From the NCBI GenBank assembly GCA_053919585.1, contig CM132791.1: DNA of 64,000 bases; one strand, given 5' to 3'. This document shows positions 1-12,900 of this stretch, one piece after another. The notes below the pieces were generated by a model. That model was not told the origin of the DNA, did not search any database, and was given only the letters and a program-made list of their open reading frames with translations. Positions within the stretch are counted from its first letter, which is position 1. The number at the start of each line of letters is the position of its first letter. The translations under genes and the position numbers were made by a program. This DNA comes from Euprymna scolopes. Taxonomy: Eukaryota.

Positions 1-1140
1 AAATAAAAATAATATATAATTTTTATTAGATGTCGTTTTGAAATCTGCCTTGATAATAACCATAGATAGAGATGAAATATAAAAAACTGTCCACCATTCT
101 TAGAAATAATATTCGAAGGTTTTAGTTTTAATTAAATTGCTTCACACTGAGAGATGACTGTGGCCAAGTGAATACCGATAAGATCTAATGCTCTTTGCAT
201 GCAAATCCATAGCACAACTTTATTTATGGATGTTAGCAAACTTAAAGTTGTCTCTCTTATAAGTACTTAGTTCTAAAAAGAACTGTGGAAGTAATGCCAA
301 CCATTTTATTAATTACATTAAAAGAAAACGTTTTTGCGTTTAAAATTGATTTAGAAATATAATAATAAAAACTATTACAACGTTCAATAATTTCTAAGAT
401 TTTTTTTTCACTTAGTGCATTTGAGTATTAGCAGACAATGATATTAATGGAGTATTAGCAGATAACGAACAGACAAATGCAACGGAAGTACCTTGGTAAA
501 AAAAAAACCCAATGTATTAATGTAACAGAGAGTCGATGAGCAAAAGCAGTAGCAACCCTATGATAGCTGGCTAGCGAAAATATTAGCAGCAGCAGCTGAT
601 AAAGCAGATATGCAAATTATCAAGTGTGTGCGAGTTTGCGTCACAAGAAAAGGAGAGAAAAATACACTACATGATTGAGAACAGAAGCAAAGCGTGCACC
701 GGGCAAGATGAACTTGTAAAAGCGAGGACAAGAAAGTGCTGGCTGATGGTTGGTGCAAGGTGGTGGAGAGAAAGGAGAAAGACTTTTGCAAGATAATGAA
801 GTGCATAGTTTTGGAGGAACCACGAATAAATGCCTTTCATTTGCACTAACAAAATAAAAAAGCCGAGTCAGATTTTCATTTCTTTCTTTTGTTTGTTCTT
901 GCGACGTTACATTAAAACTATAAAGCATTTCATTAAAGAAAAAAACGTCCCAAGCAAAAAAACAACAGATAACAATAAAATAAGAGTCATTCCTTTAATC
1001 TGCACACTTAGAAACCTATGGATTTAAACAGGGAAATTGGTAGAGCAGGACACTTCAATAGTTTAGCCTTTGATGTGTTATGTAGTTGGTTAAGAAGAAA
1101 GTTAAGATGAAAAACATAGCTTGGTAGAGTTAGTTGTGCC

Positions 1141-1263
1141 TGACCGCATCTGACTGAAATAGAATATTGAACAAGGAAATGATTACCATCTTTCCTTAAT
1201 ATGACCGCATCTGACTGAAATAGAATATTGAATAAGGAAAGGGTTACCATCTTTCCTAAATAT
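1141..1263. repeat. ~61-bp tandem duplication (2 copies)
   Basis: TGACCGCATCTGACTGAAATAGAATATTGA...TTACCATCTTTCCT occurs at 1141 and again at 1202. Confidence 0.9.
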
Positions 1264-2487
1264 GACTATATCTCCACAATAAAATAGGTATCAGTTTTCA
1301 CTCAGGGGAATACTGGAACAAACAGATTGATGGACGAAGCCCCTTGCAGAGATGCAAGGTCATGTATAAAATGAGAAAACGCGAAAGAAAAGAGTGATTT
1401 TGAAAAATGTCACAGAGGTAGGTGATTGGAGTCGGATGACTATTTCTGTGGGGCATTTTTGTTTTTGTTTCATGTTCATCCGATATTTCTATTGTCAAGT
1501 TTTCTGAGAACAAAACTAATTCAATGATCTTTTTGTATTGTCTGTGATCTATTCACACAGCAAGTTCACTTACTATTTGTGCTTCAGGTGACGTCGCGTC
1601 GTCATCATCACCATTGTCAGCATCGTTTCCACAAGAGACAAAGACAAGTGCACAGAAATCCCACATTATTTTACAATTCGACTTATTCGCTAAATACAAA
1701 TCCTCATTTCTTTAAATTTTACCATCAAGTTAACAACAAATTTCCACTTAAAAACTTATCTTAAGTTTCTCTTGACCCAAAGGAAATCATATATTGCATT
1801 CAATATTGTCTTTGATCTGTCATGCTTAAGTTTCAAATATCAGTTTTAGATGCGACCACGATTCTTTATAAGATCCTCTGTCTGACAAATTATCTTTTCT
1901 TTTTGCTTTTAGCTTCTCTTATCTATATCAAAGACTGTCTGTCTGTCAAGTTCTAATTTGAAATAACATTGTGGCTGGGAGCAAAGTGTAGTATCTGTTC
2001 TGATGCTACACTTCACGTTTTTTGTCCTCGATCAGTGAAAGAGAAATCCTTCTAGACTAGTACAATTTTTATTTTTGTTCCTATCCAGAGTGCCTCCTTT
2101 TGGGGAGCTGGATTTTCCCCACATTAAAAACCGATCTTGTATCTAATTCTGCCCTCGTAGGAAGGCAAGTAAATAGGAACAATTTTCATCGGTAAAAAAA
2201 GATACAAACTTTTAGATGCGTTTAAGCATGCTTGGCCAGTACTAGTTAAGTGACCATTTGAATACTCAACATTGTATATATATTCAGGTCTAATATAATA
2301 TACTACAATATACTGTATAATATATAAATATATATTAATATATATATTCAGGTAAGCATGTATATGTAATACTCTAAAGAAATGAACGCCTCTGCCTTGC
2401 TAATTCTAATTTGAAATAACAGTTTCATCAATAAGAAGATACATATTTTTAGATGCGTTTAAGCATGCCTATAAGATATACCACATA

Positions 2488-2800
2488 CGAGATGTCTTCA
2501 ATAAGTTTCCAGACTTTTTTCCTAGGGGCACTTTTACATATTAAACTCTAGTTCCATTCGAAGTAATCTCTTCTGGCTGCAATGCACTTGTTGTACCGTT
2601 CCAACAACTTCTGGAAACCCCATGAAAGTCTTCTTGTGTGAGCAGGTCAATGACCCTCATCACAGCCTCTTTCATCTCCTCAGTTGTCTCATAATGACAG
2701 CCTCTAAGGTTTTTCTTGAACTTAGGGAATAACCAAACGTCACAGGGAGCAAGGTCTGGGCTCTAGAGAGGGTGAGGAACTGTCTTGATGCCCATCTTGG
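2488..2800 (-). mobile_element. Mariner (DD34D) 3' fragment with right TIR
   Basis: Minus strand reads KMGIKTVPHPL*SPDLAPCDVWLFPKFKKNLRGCHYETTEEMKEAV (decayed YSPDLAPCD motif) and ends in a DYFE-like C-terminus. It terminates in TA|CGAGATGTCTTCAATAAGTTTCC, a mariner-type TIR. Confidence 0.85.
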
Positions 2801-2826
2801 TCCAATAGTCTGTGACAAGGATGGAA

Positions 2827-2920
2827 TTGACACATTGGTTCTCATTGAATCACTAAAGTTAGGCAATGTTGAGCCAGGCCAGAACTAGATGTGTGACCAT
2901 TTGAATACTAAGCACTATGC
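2827..2920 (+). pseudogene. 5S rRNA-derived repeat (5'-truncated, degenerate)
   Basis: TTGACACATTGGTTCTCATTGAATCACTAAAGTTAGGCAATGTTGAGCCAGGCCAG...GTGACCATTTGAATAC aligns to metazoan 5S (A box/C box region) and to the copy at 35663-35777. Confidence 0.7.
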
Positions 2921-3688
2921 ATTCAGGTAAGCATGTATGTATACTATTTCAGAGAGATGTACACCTCTGCCTTGCACAGTTCTGGGCCACCTTTGGGCAC
3001 AACGTAACCTCCCACTGATATTATGGGGGCTTATTATACAAAAGATAAATGCAGTTTCACTGTCATGATGAAGGCAATACATGGAAAAAAGGGGGTTTGT
3101 TAAAATAAAACGGATAGAGAGAGTTTGTTGACCTTGTACAGCAACCTGCTAATAATGATGTCACAAACAAAACTAATGGTATGAGCCAGCTCGGAAGTAG
3201 TAAGGCTCAGAAAACTGTCATAACAATGTTCATGTCAGTCTGCAATCTGGTGCTGTTAAGTAAACAGTTTTTCATAAATGCTGAAGACTTCGGCCACAAA
3301 TCTGCGTTCAGCGGTGGAGTGACTTTGACGCAATCAGTGAAGAGCTTGGCAGCCAACGGCTCTCAGCAGCAGCAGCAATTGTTAAAAGCGCCCTTATCAG
3401 GGCTAGGTCCGAAAGTTTTTCATAACAACAAACAAACAGCCCTTTTCAGAAAGTTTTTCCATCTTCAACAAATTTGAGACACCTGCCCACTCCCCCAGCT
3501 GCTTCTAGCATCTCATATGGTCTCCAACTGACCCCCACAGCTTCCAGCAATTTCTGCAGTGGCACCCATCTAGCTCTAGCGCCTCCAGCCACTTGCTCCA
3601 GCGACCCACTGACATCTATTTCAGCAGCCCATTGATGCCTACCTTCCAATGCCTACTGACGTCCAGCTTAGCAGCCTGCTGATGCCCA

Positions 3689-3917
3689 CTCTTCCGTCTG
3701 CCTGTTTCCCACCTGACTACAACTTGGATGTCTTTAAGTCCAGCATAAACAAATTCCTGATGAACCGCCCCCTTAAGTAAGACACTTTATCAAATCTCCA
3801 ATACTAATGATTACTACGATACTATCCTATTGATTACTGTACACGCAATAACCCTTATCCCCAAGTGGCTTCCGGGCCTTGATAAGTGGTGATTTCCATG
3901 TAAAAAAAAAAAAAAAA
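3689..3917 (+). mobile_element. 3' end of a CR1/Jockey-group LINE with poly(A), inserted into a ~40-bp GC-rich minisatellite
   Basis: Reads LPSACFPPDYNLDVFKSSINKFL, a typical LINE ORF2 C-terminus, followed by a 3' UTR and A16. The same 3' tip (GGCCTTGATAAGTG...TGTAAAAAAA) recurs at ~57577-57620. CCTTCCAATGCCYACTGAC repeats lie on both sides. Confidence 0.65.
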
Positions 3918-4234
3918 CCTTCCAATGCCCACTGACATTCAGGTCAGCAGCCCACTGACACGTACCTTCCAGTGTCCACAAACGTCCAGCTCCTGATCTT
4001 AACACTCGATCTCAATTTTTTTTTTATGCCTTATAAGAGGACGGTTCCTGTCATCCTTTTTAACTGAACATTCAGTGTTTGTCATTTCGTTTTGTCCTTG
4101 CTGTTACCTTCTTTTGCCTTCAGTTTAATATTCTTAGTTGTACGGCCCATTGGTTCTATCACCTTTCGCTCCCCACTGCAACACCTTTTCCGTCTTTAAT
4201 GAAAATGCACTTTTCAGTAATTTCCACAGAATTA

Positions 4235-4979
4235 TGAGAGGCGTTCCAAAAGTAATACCTCCTACTATAATTCCACTCCAGGTGGATCAGAGAGGATCGC
4301 AAATTTCATTGTTAACACCCTTTAAGAGCCTCCAAAGAAACTGATATTTTGATAATATTTATTGATTGATTGCTGAATAGCTATTGCTATAATTTCACAC
4401 AAATGAAGACATCTGAATTTTCACATTTTTTTCCTTTTATACAAGTAATGCCTCCTATTTTTATTCCGCCCAAATGGATCAGAGGGGATTGCAAACGCAA
4501 ACTACATTGTTATGATGACAGAACTTATGCATCCATGACCCGGTGTTTTATCTTTCTATTGCAGATATTGATGGGGTGGGACTCTAAAAAAGCAACCCCT
4601 GTCGTGGATGTACCTCAGAAGAAGGGATGCCTCACTGAATTCCTGGCAAAAGTGCATTAAGAATAATGGTGACTATGCAGAAAAATAAATTTTGGAAGAC
4701 AAAAAGTCGCTCATTTTAATAGTACCGCTTCCGTCTTCGTAGCTCTTCAACTTTTTGAGTTAAAAAATAGGAGGCTTTACATATAAGAAAGCATGCTCTG
4801 GACGCCTATACACAACCATCGTTCATTGCTGGCAAAAGTGCATTAAAAATGGTGGTAACAATTTAGAAAAGTAAATTCCGAGGCACAAAAGATCACCTAT
4901 TTTAATGGTACTATTCCCGTCTTTGTAGCCCTTTTTGTGTTAAAAGAAATAGGAGAATTTACTTTTGGATAGACCCTCG
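4235..4979 (+). mobile_element. Non-autonomous mariner deletion derivative with a second same-family copy nested inside (~4440-4780)
   Basis: TA-flanked TIRs TGAGAGGCGTTCCAAAAGTAATACCTCCTA / TAGGAGAATTTACTTTTGGATAGACCCTCG. Remnants DVPQKKGCLTEFL (N-term) and HCWQKCIKNGGNNLEK* (C-term). Left-end and right-end motifs each occur twice. Confidence 0.75.
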
Positions 4980-5374
4980 TACATAAATAATCTGAAAATG
5001 CGTCCTTCTTATAACATCAGTAAAACATGAATTCAATCTAATTCAACTAGGTAAATCTTGATTGAGTTTTAGAGAAAATTAAATGATTTCTTTATCTATA
5101 ATACAACTTACCTCCTACACCCAGATAGCTCTCGCCCACCACGTAGTAATTATCTGTACGTTCTATCTTAGTTGAGCAAATTGGTCTTCAAACACAAGCA
5201 CAAATTACACTATTTTTTTTTGCAAGATTTCATTTGTTGATTATTTTACTCTATGAGATTTGGTCTATCTTTCACACATAAGTTTGAAATAGCATTTCCA
5301 TTTGCTGGTTACGCATAAGTTTGAAATAGCATTTTTATTTGTTGGTCACATTAGGGATTTGAACTTTCAACCTC

Positions 5375-5632
5375 TGCAAGTACCCATGTTGCAACGAATT
5401 AAGTACTTGTTAAAATTCAGTTGTAAGTGACACACTTCTGGAGGTCGAAGGTTCAATCCTCAGTACGTACGATATTCAGAATATAATTGTAAATTACGTA
5501 AGATTTCTACCTGGTCTGTGCTGATTCTGGAATTTGACAATATACACCTTTAGAAGATCGGTGGTAACATCGGCCGAACGTTGTTTGAATAAAAGTCAAG
5601 ATGAGAGCAGTGGTTATAATAATGCAAATAAT
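5375..5632 (+). mobile_element. SINE-like repeat: B-box-containing head plus degenerate hammerhead-like tail
   Basis: GGTTCAATCC B-box-like motif near 5452 and degenerate (C/T)TAGAAGA..TCGG..TCGGCCGAA(A)CGTTG near 5551-5584. Homologous to 32720-33001 (-) and 59511-59715 (-). Confidence 0.55.
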
Positions 5633-6036
5633 ACAAACTAGTGAGACCTGTGGAAATTCCACAGTTGCATCTTTCATATGTAATATACTGTTGCTGGACT
5701 TTCAGTGTGAATGGAGACTCTGCGATAGTATTGTAGTCCTTTTGTTAAAACTGTAAGAGTATTTATGTAAGTAATCTGGTTAAAGTAGTGTCAGAATGTA
5801 TCTGGTTATTAAGGTTTAAGGTTTATATCCATTATCCTTACAGGAGTCTGTGAAATATTTCCATTGTATCGTCGCCTGGCATGAACAGAAACCCCACAAT
5901 ATCATTATACCATCTTTAGACAGAAAAGATACTAGCCTTGGATCCTAGCCAGAAGACCAAGAAGATATATTTTAGTTTCATGTATGGCCCAAAAGCGATA
6001 TAATTTTTTTTTTTTTTCATTGCATCTTTTTAGAGT

Positions 6037-6163
6037 TCCTATTTATTACAAAGGAGGATAGAAAGTGATAATATACTATAAACATTAAATTGGCCTATCT
6101 ATATACTAATTTAATGTTCGTAGCATGTTATGGGCTTCTATCCTATTTTTTTAATAAATAGGA
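6037..6163. mobile_element. Small degenerate palindrome / MITE
   Basis: TCCTATTTATTA..AGGATAGAA...AACATTAAATT is inverted to AATTTAATGTT...TTCTATCCT..TAATAAATAGGA. Confidence 0.6.
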
Positions 6164-6731
6164 TCTCCCGATCGAATTATGTGTAATCTGGAAACCGTGA
6201 CACACGTACCTACGTTCGTTAAAGTTTCTGTGGTATCAATATACATAGATTATCAATCTTCATCTTAAAAATTCAGAAACATAAAATAAAAAGATTTATA
6301 TTTCTTGAACTGACTTCACTTATCCTTCCTGCATCATCCTAAACGTTACGCAACATTTTCACTTTCATACTAATATTCTGGGGAAATGTATGAACCACAT
6401 TCCATCTTGGAATAATAACAGAAAAAAAATAACCAGGAGAATATGTTCAATTGTTTTTACTCCTATCATGTATCCCAAAATAAAATCCGCCACATTTAAA
6501 AAAAAAAAAAAAAAAACTGAAGTGAAAATAAAAGTGAAATAACATTTTTGTTTGTATTTCTATACAATAAAGTAAATCTGATATCTTGTCTATTTTTATG
6601 AGTTCTGTATAGACATGCATAGTGTTAGGGCTTCAGTCTCAGTGTTGAGATTGATGAAATGCTAATTTATCGTTGAACAAAATACAGAACATTGCCACTG
6701 TAAAACACGTTAGGGAACGGTGGATTTTATT

Positions 6732-8830
6732 TTCACCATTGTCCCAATCTATCACTAAGCTGTATTTCTTTTTAGCTAGGAATCTAACTGGATGCCAGAT
6801 CATTGTTAACTCATACATTCCAACCGAGAGATTGTTTTAAGAGTCTAATCGTCTACAGTTCCAATAGGAAAATAAAGCAACACTTCCTAAATAAATATTT
6901 CACAATCAACATAGCATTTCACACGCTATGTTCCACGAAACTAATAATATAATATGCAATATATATTACATATTATATAGAAAAGTGCGAGCGTGAAAAG
7001 TAATATGGTTTATATTTAAACATGGGAAAGTAAAAGGACTAGTTGTTTTAACTGGAAAAGATAAAGACAAGATATTCTAGCAAAAAATATAAATTTATAA
7101 TTTAAAATATTACAGCATTAAGAATTTAAAAAAAAATTCAATTTAACATTATATATCCAATTCTTAATTAATACTGAAATATTTTAAGTTATATATTTAT
7201 CATATTTTTTACTAGAATGTCTTGTCCTTTTCTTTTCCGGTTTTAACAACTAGTCCTTTTACTTTTTCATGTTTAATCTTAACCATATTACTTTTCATGC
7301 TTGCATTTTTCTATGTAATTCATGATTTTTCCAGGTTTTGCTTTGAAATAAAAATTTTCTCTGTTTCACTTGTTAGCTCTGAATGATTAATGACAATACA
7401 GCTTAGTGATAGATTGGGACAATGGTGAATTATAAGCGACAGAACAGGTGAGTGACAGATCGAGACAGCGATGAATTATTAGCGACAGTTTTTTTTATAT
7501 CCTGTGTGACCTAGTATTTAAATTGAATTGTGTATTTAAATCAAATTTTGAATACTTAATTTTAGGCTGACGAGATATATTGTTTTTGTTTTTCATATTT
7601 CGTCACCGAGATAAAATAAAACAGGATTCTCACAAGATAGGCTAGTGCAGTAGTCATTTTGGAACGGAGCGAGAGTCTACTAATGTACCCCCACCCCTTT
7701 AAAACTTGCAGAAACCTTACCAGCTGGAGATTTCGCCAAGTGACCGGATTGTGAAGCAGAGAGGAAGGGGGGAGACTGGAAGAGTTATCGCATCCCCTTT
7801 CCCTTTTTTAAACTGGTTGGGTCGCCGACCTGTTAAGAGGTCTCTCTCCTCGTGGGAGGAGGGGATGACTTCTTCCCCCCCCCCATGATAAAAGGATACC
7901 GATACACGAGACGTGAAGGACGCGACCTTCTCCAGTCATACGAGAGAATGCTATGAATTTACTTCCTCATGAAAGAGATAGATATATAACGCGCGAGCAA
8001 GAAAAGAAAACATGTGAGATTGCTATATGAACTTTTTCCACACCAAAGGAAATATATTGGACTAACTGCGTCGTTGTCGAGTTGTGAAACACACCAGCAA
8101 AAGAAACAAAAAAAGGGGAAAACAAAAGAAACTTGTAAGTGCAAAGACTTTGGTTACCCCTCTCACACACACACAAAAGGAATTTCGCTCATTTCCATAC
8201 GCGTAGATATACTCCAGATTCCATAACTTTGAATACATTTCTTTTTCTTTCGTTAAAATTTCTTTTTTTTTCTTAAATAAATCTATTTTTGTATCGTTTG
8301 GAAAAGTGTTTGTTATTTCGTTATTTTCTCGCATTTTTATTGTGTTCGTCCTTGCGTTTCCATCCATTTGCTTTATTATTTTATTTTTGCTGTGTCACAT
8401 ATGCGATAAAGAGAAAATATTTGGGTTTTTGCTTTCCCGTAAATTCCCTTGTATCCCCCCCCCTTTGGGCAACATGTTACAAAAATAAACAGTTTTCATT
8501 CTTCTCGGAAATCTCTTATCATACCCCTACGTTATTTGTTACTTAAATCCCCACCTTTTATTGCATGTGTAACACCTGTTATGTTATCATCTCCACCGTT
8601 CCAGCCGATTTGAGGTAGCATAACAGATTTGGTTGCTATGGTAACCAACAGCCAATCACAAAATCCGTCTCTCCATTCCTTGCAGATTCTGAGAATTTTT
8701 GAACACAAGAATTTTATTATAACTTTTGTTTTACTGAACGAAAATTAATATTTTTTTTTATCAAAATATAGCTGAGAAGGTCACTTATGAACTGTAAATT
8801 TTTTTTTCAAAATATAGATATATATTTATA
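6732..8830. mobile_element. Foldback-type non-autonomous DNA transposon (possibly Kolobok-like), interrupted by a solo LTR
   Basis: Perfect 35-bp IR at 6732-6766/7395-7429 and ~150-bp IR arms at 6977-7126/7159-7314. Segments 7160-7335 and 8632-8820 are reverse-homologous to 22512-23150. Confidence 0.6.
7505..8574. mobile_element. Solo LTR, family 2 (~1.07 kb)
   Basis: TGTGAC...GTAACA termini with an exact 4-bp TSD CCTG (7501-7504 / 8575-8578). No coding sequence. Confidence 0.7.
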
Positions 8831-9376
8831 GAATAGTCATGTACAAAGAATCTTGCAATCTCCAAATAAAAACGTGTTTAAAACTGCTTCATACGTAAGT
8901 GGGTAAAATCAATAAATACAAAAATGTTTATTTTTAAAGCCATCAAAAGTGTTTCAATTTTAATACAAAATTGTGTTTGGCAAGCCTCTGAGATTTTGCC
9001 AAGATTATAAAAGTGGCAAAATCTCAAAAATTAAACCAATATGATTTCAAGGTCAGAGTCTGTTCTTACATATTTCACGCTGCCTAACTTCAAACTTTCC
9101 GTTCTTTGTGAGCGCACATCTTCACTTCAATAACTCTACTTTTTCAAAGAACGTTTAAGTAACGCATCTTTCTCTTTGATCACGAGTATATTGAACGTTT
9201 CTCTGAGCCTTTCATATTTACATTCTACTATAGGCATAACACATCCATCACACTCAAGCTTAACAAACACATCACTTTAAAGATTTTACTCCAGAACATG
9301 TTTCTATTTTCTTCTAAGCTTATATGTAAATTTTGTATATGTGAAACACAAACATACACACACACATATATATATA

Positions 9377-9609
9377 TGTCTTTACATAAGCAGTAGTTTG
9401 TTGCTACACAGTCATGAGCATGTTTCGGTCTACTAGTATTTACTAACTAGAGACCTCATCAGGCAACAACCCTTATTATCGAAAACGGAATTCAAAACAT
9501 ACTGCTTATGTAAAGACAAATGTAACCTGCTCTACTTCTGTATTGAGCACTCTTGTATGAACCTCGTTATATTTCACTGGTTACCCTACCTTTGAAAAAT
9601 AGCAACCTC

Positions 9610-9613
<4 letters not shown>
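9377..9613. mobile_element. Non-autonomous Penelope-like (pLTR-type) hammerhead cassette between (TA)n tracts
   Basis: 19-bp IR TGTCTTTACATAAGCAGTA (9377-9395 / 9500-9518) brackets the HHR. The tail GCTCT..TATTGAGCACT..AACCTCGTT is shared with 43307-43378. Confidence 0.65.
9398..9469 (-). ncRNA. Type I hammerhead ribozyme
   Basis: Minus strand: TTGTTGC-CTGATGA-GGTCTCTAGT(TAGTAAAT)ACTAGTAGACC-GAAA-CATG(CTCATGAC)TGTG-TA-GCAACAA. Perfect 7-bp stem I, intact core, GUA cleavage triplet. Confidence 0.85.
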
Positions 9614-9651
<38 letters not shown>

Positions 9652-9659
<8 letters not shown>

Positions 9660-9933
9660 CCCTAGGATACAGTGACCGTAGAGTACGTTTTTTTCAGGTT
9701 ATGATGTGGAATATGATGTTTTTCCGGCCGCTGGTTACAGTATTTTCCCCGCTTTGCAATATTATATATAATGTTATTTGATTATATACATATGTATTAT
9801 ATACTGTACTGTATTTTGTTACTAAGTTTTAATATGTACTGTATAAAATTTTGCTTAGGCCCCACCATACAGCGATTTCATTTTACAATCCCAACCCTGG
9901 AACGGATTAATGCCGTATCCTGGGGTTCTACTG
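9652..9933. mobile_element. Tc1/mariner-superfamily (Tigger/pogo-like) MITE
   Basis: TIRs (CAG)TAGAACCCTAGGATAC / GTATCCTGGGGTTCTACTG with TA flanks. Confidence 0.65.
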
Positions 9934-9943
9934 TATATTATAT

Positions 9944-10889
9944 AAGATGTACCCGGCATTGCCCGGTGTTAAACATAAAATTAAATTCCTTAAATAAATG
10001 AAATAAAAAACGGAAAGAAACCGAGACATGTGCATGCGAGTATTATGATTTTTCTAAGCAGTTCACTTCTTGTAAGTAAAAAAAAAATATTCGAGCTGAG
10101 ATCGAAACCAAAACCTAAAGACAGTGAATCAAGTATGATAAACATTAGGCCAGCTTGACACGCTCTAAAAACGTGTTTTTAACGTAATTAATCTGATATG
10201 TAAACTATTCATGCACGCATGGAATAGTTAGTAAATAAATTAAAATCCAACGACTCCCCCCCCCATGCATTCAATGCTGATGTCACATCTCCATTAGGCT
10301 ACCTAGCATGTTTACTCTTCTAATGAGAAGCATTGGGCTTTAAAATACCATGTGGACTCTTCATCGAACTATCTTCCACTACATCATGTCGAGGAAGAAG
10401 AGGAAAAAACAAAAAGATTAATAAAGGAGTCTTACTTTTGTAAAATAAACAGGTATTTATTTTTAAAGAAATATATGATATTTTAATTTGTCCAAATTTC
10501 GTATATATTTTTACAGAGTCATGATTTCAAAAGTAAAAAAGAAAACAGTATTTTGAGTGCCATCAGCTAGAATCGAAACAGAAAGCAAAACTGTAGCATT
10601 CAAAGCTGGTGACGTTACCACTTATCAACGTGACACGCATATGAACTGATTAAAAATAAACTAGGATGAATCTGAAAAATGTATGACGATTTTTTTTAAT
10701 TTTGACCCAATTTTTGACTCTTTAAAAACTATTTTAACTGGCTAAAGACACATAAAAGAACGCCCCCCCCCCAAAAAAATACAATCATTTGAGGCCTCTA
10801 TTACCGCTCTGCAACTTTTAGTTTCGGAAGAGATTGAGTTTAAAAATATGGAGACAAACAGACAGACATAGTAAGTTTTATAAATTAGA
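9944..10889 (-). mobile_element. Non-autonomous Helitron-type element (family B) with internal tRNA-like module
   Basis: Minus-strand 5' TCTAATTTATAAAA + (CTGT)n and 3' hairpin CCGGGCAATGCCGGG. Homologous to 55791-57182. tRNA-like segment at 10090-10159. Confidence 0.65.
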
Positions 10890-11019
10890 CTAATAAATAC
10901 TTATTATGAGCTCCAAAACTATTGGCCAGAATTTCAGCAAATTTGGCAAGAAGCAGCCTTGATTTGCCAGATATTATGGAAGGTTTGAAATTATTGATTA
11001 CAACTAGCATTCTCCAACC

Positions 11020-12900
11020 ATTACTACTAATACCACTACTAATATTACTACTAATATCACTACTAACATTACTACTAATACCACTACTAATATTACTACT
11101 AATACCACTACTAACATTACTACTAATACCACTACTAATATTACTACTAATACCACTTCTAATATTACTACTAATCCCACTACTAACATTACTACTAATA
11201 CCACTACTAATATTACTACTAATACCACTACTAATACTACTAATACCACTACTAACATTACTACTAATACCACTACTAACATTACTACTAATACCACTAC
11301 TAATATTACTACTAATACCACTACTAATATTACTACTAATACCACTACTAATACCACTACTAACATTACTACTAATACAACTACTAATACCACTACTAAT
11401 ACCACTACTAATACCACTACTAATATTACTACTAATACCACTACTAACATTACTTCTAATACCACTACTAACATTACTACTAATACCACTACTAATATTA
11501 CTACTAATACCACTACTAATATTACTACTAATACCAATACTAACATTACTACTAATACCACTACTAATATTACTACTAACATTACTACTAATACCACTAC
11601 TAACATTACTACTAATACCACTACTAACATTACTACTAATACCACTACTAACATTACTACTAATACCACTACTAACATTACTACTAATACCACTACTAAT
11701 ACCACTACTAACATTACTACTAATATTACTACGAATACCACTACTAATATTACTACTAATACCACTACTAATATTACTACTAATACCACTACTAATATTA
11801 CTACTAATACCACTACTAATATTACTACTAATACCACTACTAACATTACTACTAATACCACTACTAATATTACTACTAATACCACTACTAACATTACTAC
11901 TAATCCCACTACTAACATTACTACTAATACCACTACTAACATTACTACTAATACCACTACTAACATTACTACTAATACCACTACTAATACTACTAATACC
12001 ACTACTAACATTACTACTAATATTACTACGAATACCACTACTAATATTACTACTAATACCACTACTAATATTACTACTAATACCACTACTAACATTACTA
12101 CTAATCCCACTACTAACATTACTACTAATACCACTAATAACATTACTTCTAATACCACTACTAACATTACTACTAATACCACTACTAATACTACTAATAC
12201 CACTACTAACATTACTACTAATATTACTACGAATACCACTACTAATATTACTACTAATACCACTACTAATATTACTACTAATACCACTACTAATATTACT
12301 ACTAATACCACTACTAATATTACTACTAATACCACTACTAACATTACTACTAATACCACTACTAATATTACTACTAATATTACTACTAATACCACTACTA
12401 ACATTACTACTAATACCACTACTAACATTACTACTAATACCACTACTAATATTACTACTAATACCACTACTAACATTACTACTAATACCACTACTAACAT
12501 TACTACTAATACCACTACTAATATTACTACTAATACCACTACTAACATTACTACTAATACCACTAATATTACTACTAATACCACTACTAATATTACTACT
12601 AATACCACTACTAACATTACTACTAATACCACTAATATTACTACTAATACCACTACTAACATTACTACTAATACCACTACTAATATTACTACTAATACCA
12701 CTACTAACATTACTACTAATACCACTAATATTACTACTAATACCACTACTAACATTACTACTAATACCACTACTAATATTACTACTAATACCACTACTAA
12801 TATTACTACTAATATTACTACTAATACTACTAATACCACTACTAACATTACTACTAATACCACTACTAATATTACTACTAATACCACTAATATTACTACT
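11020..12900. repeat. 12-bp minisatellite (ACTACTAATACC / ACTACTAAYATT alternating, 24-bp higher-order unit)
   Basis: Directly visible ~1.9-kb array. It generates the spurious LLIP/VVLV ORFs. Confidence 0.97.
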
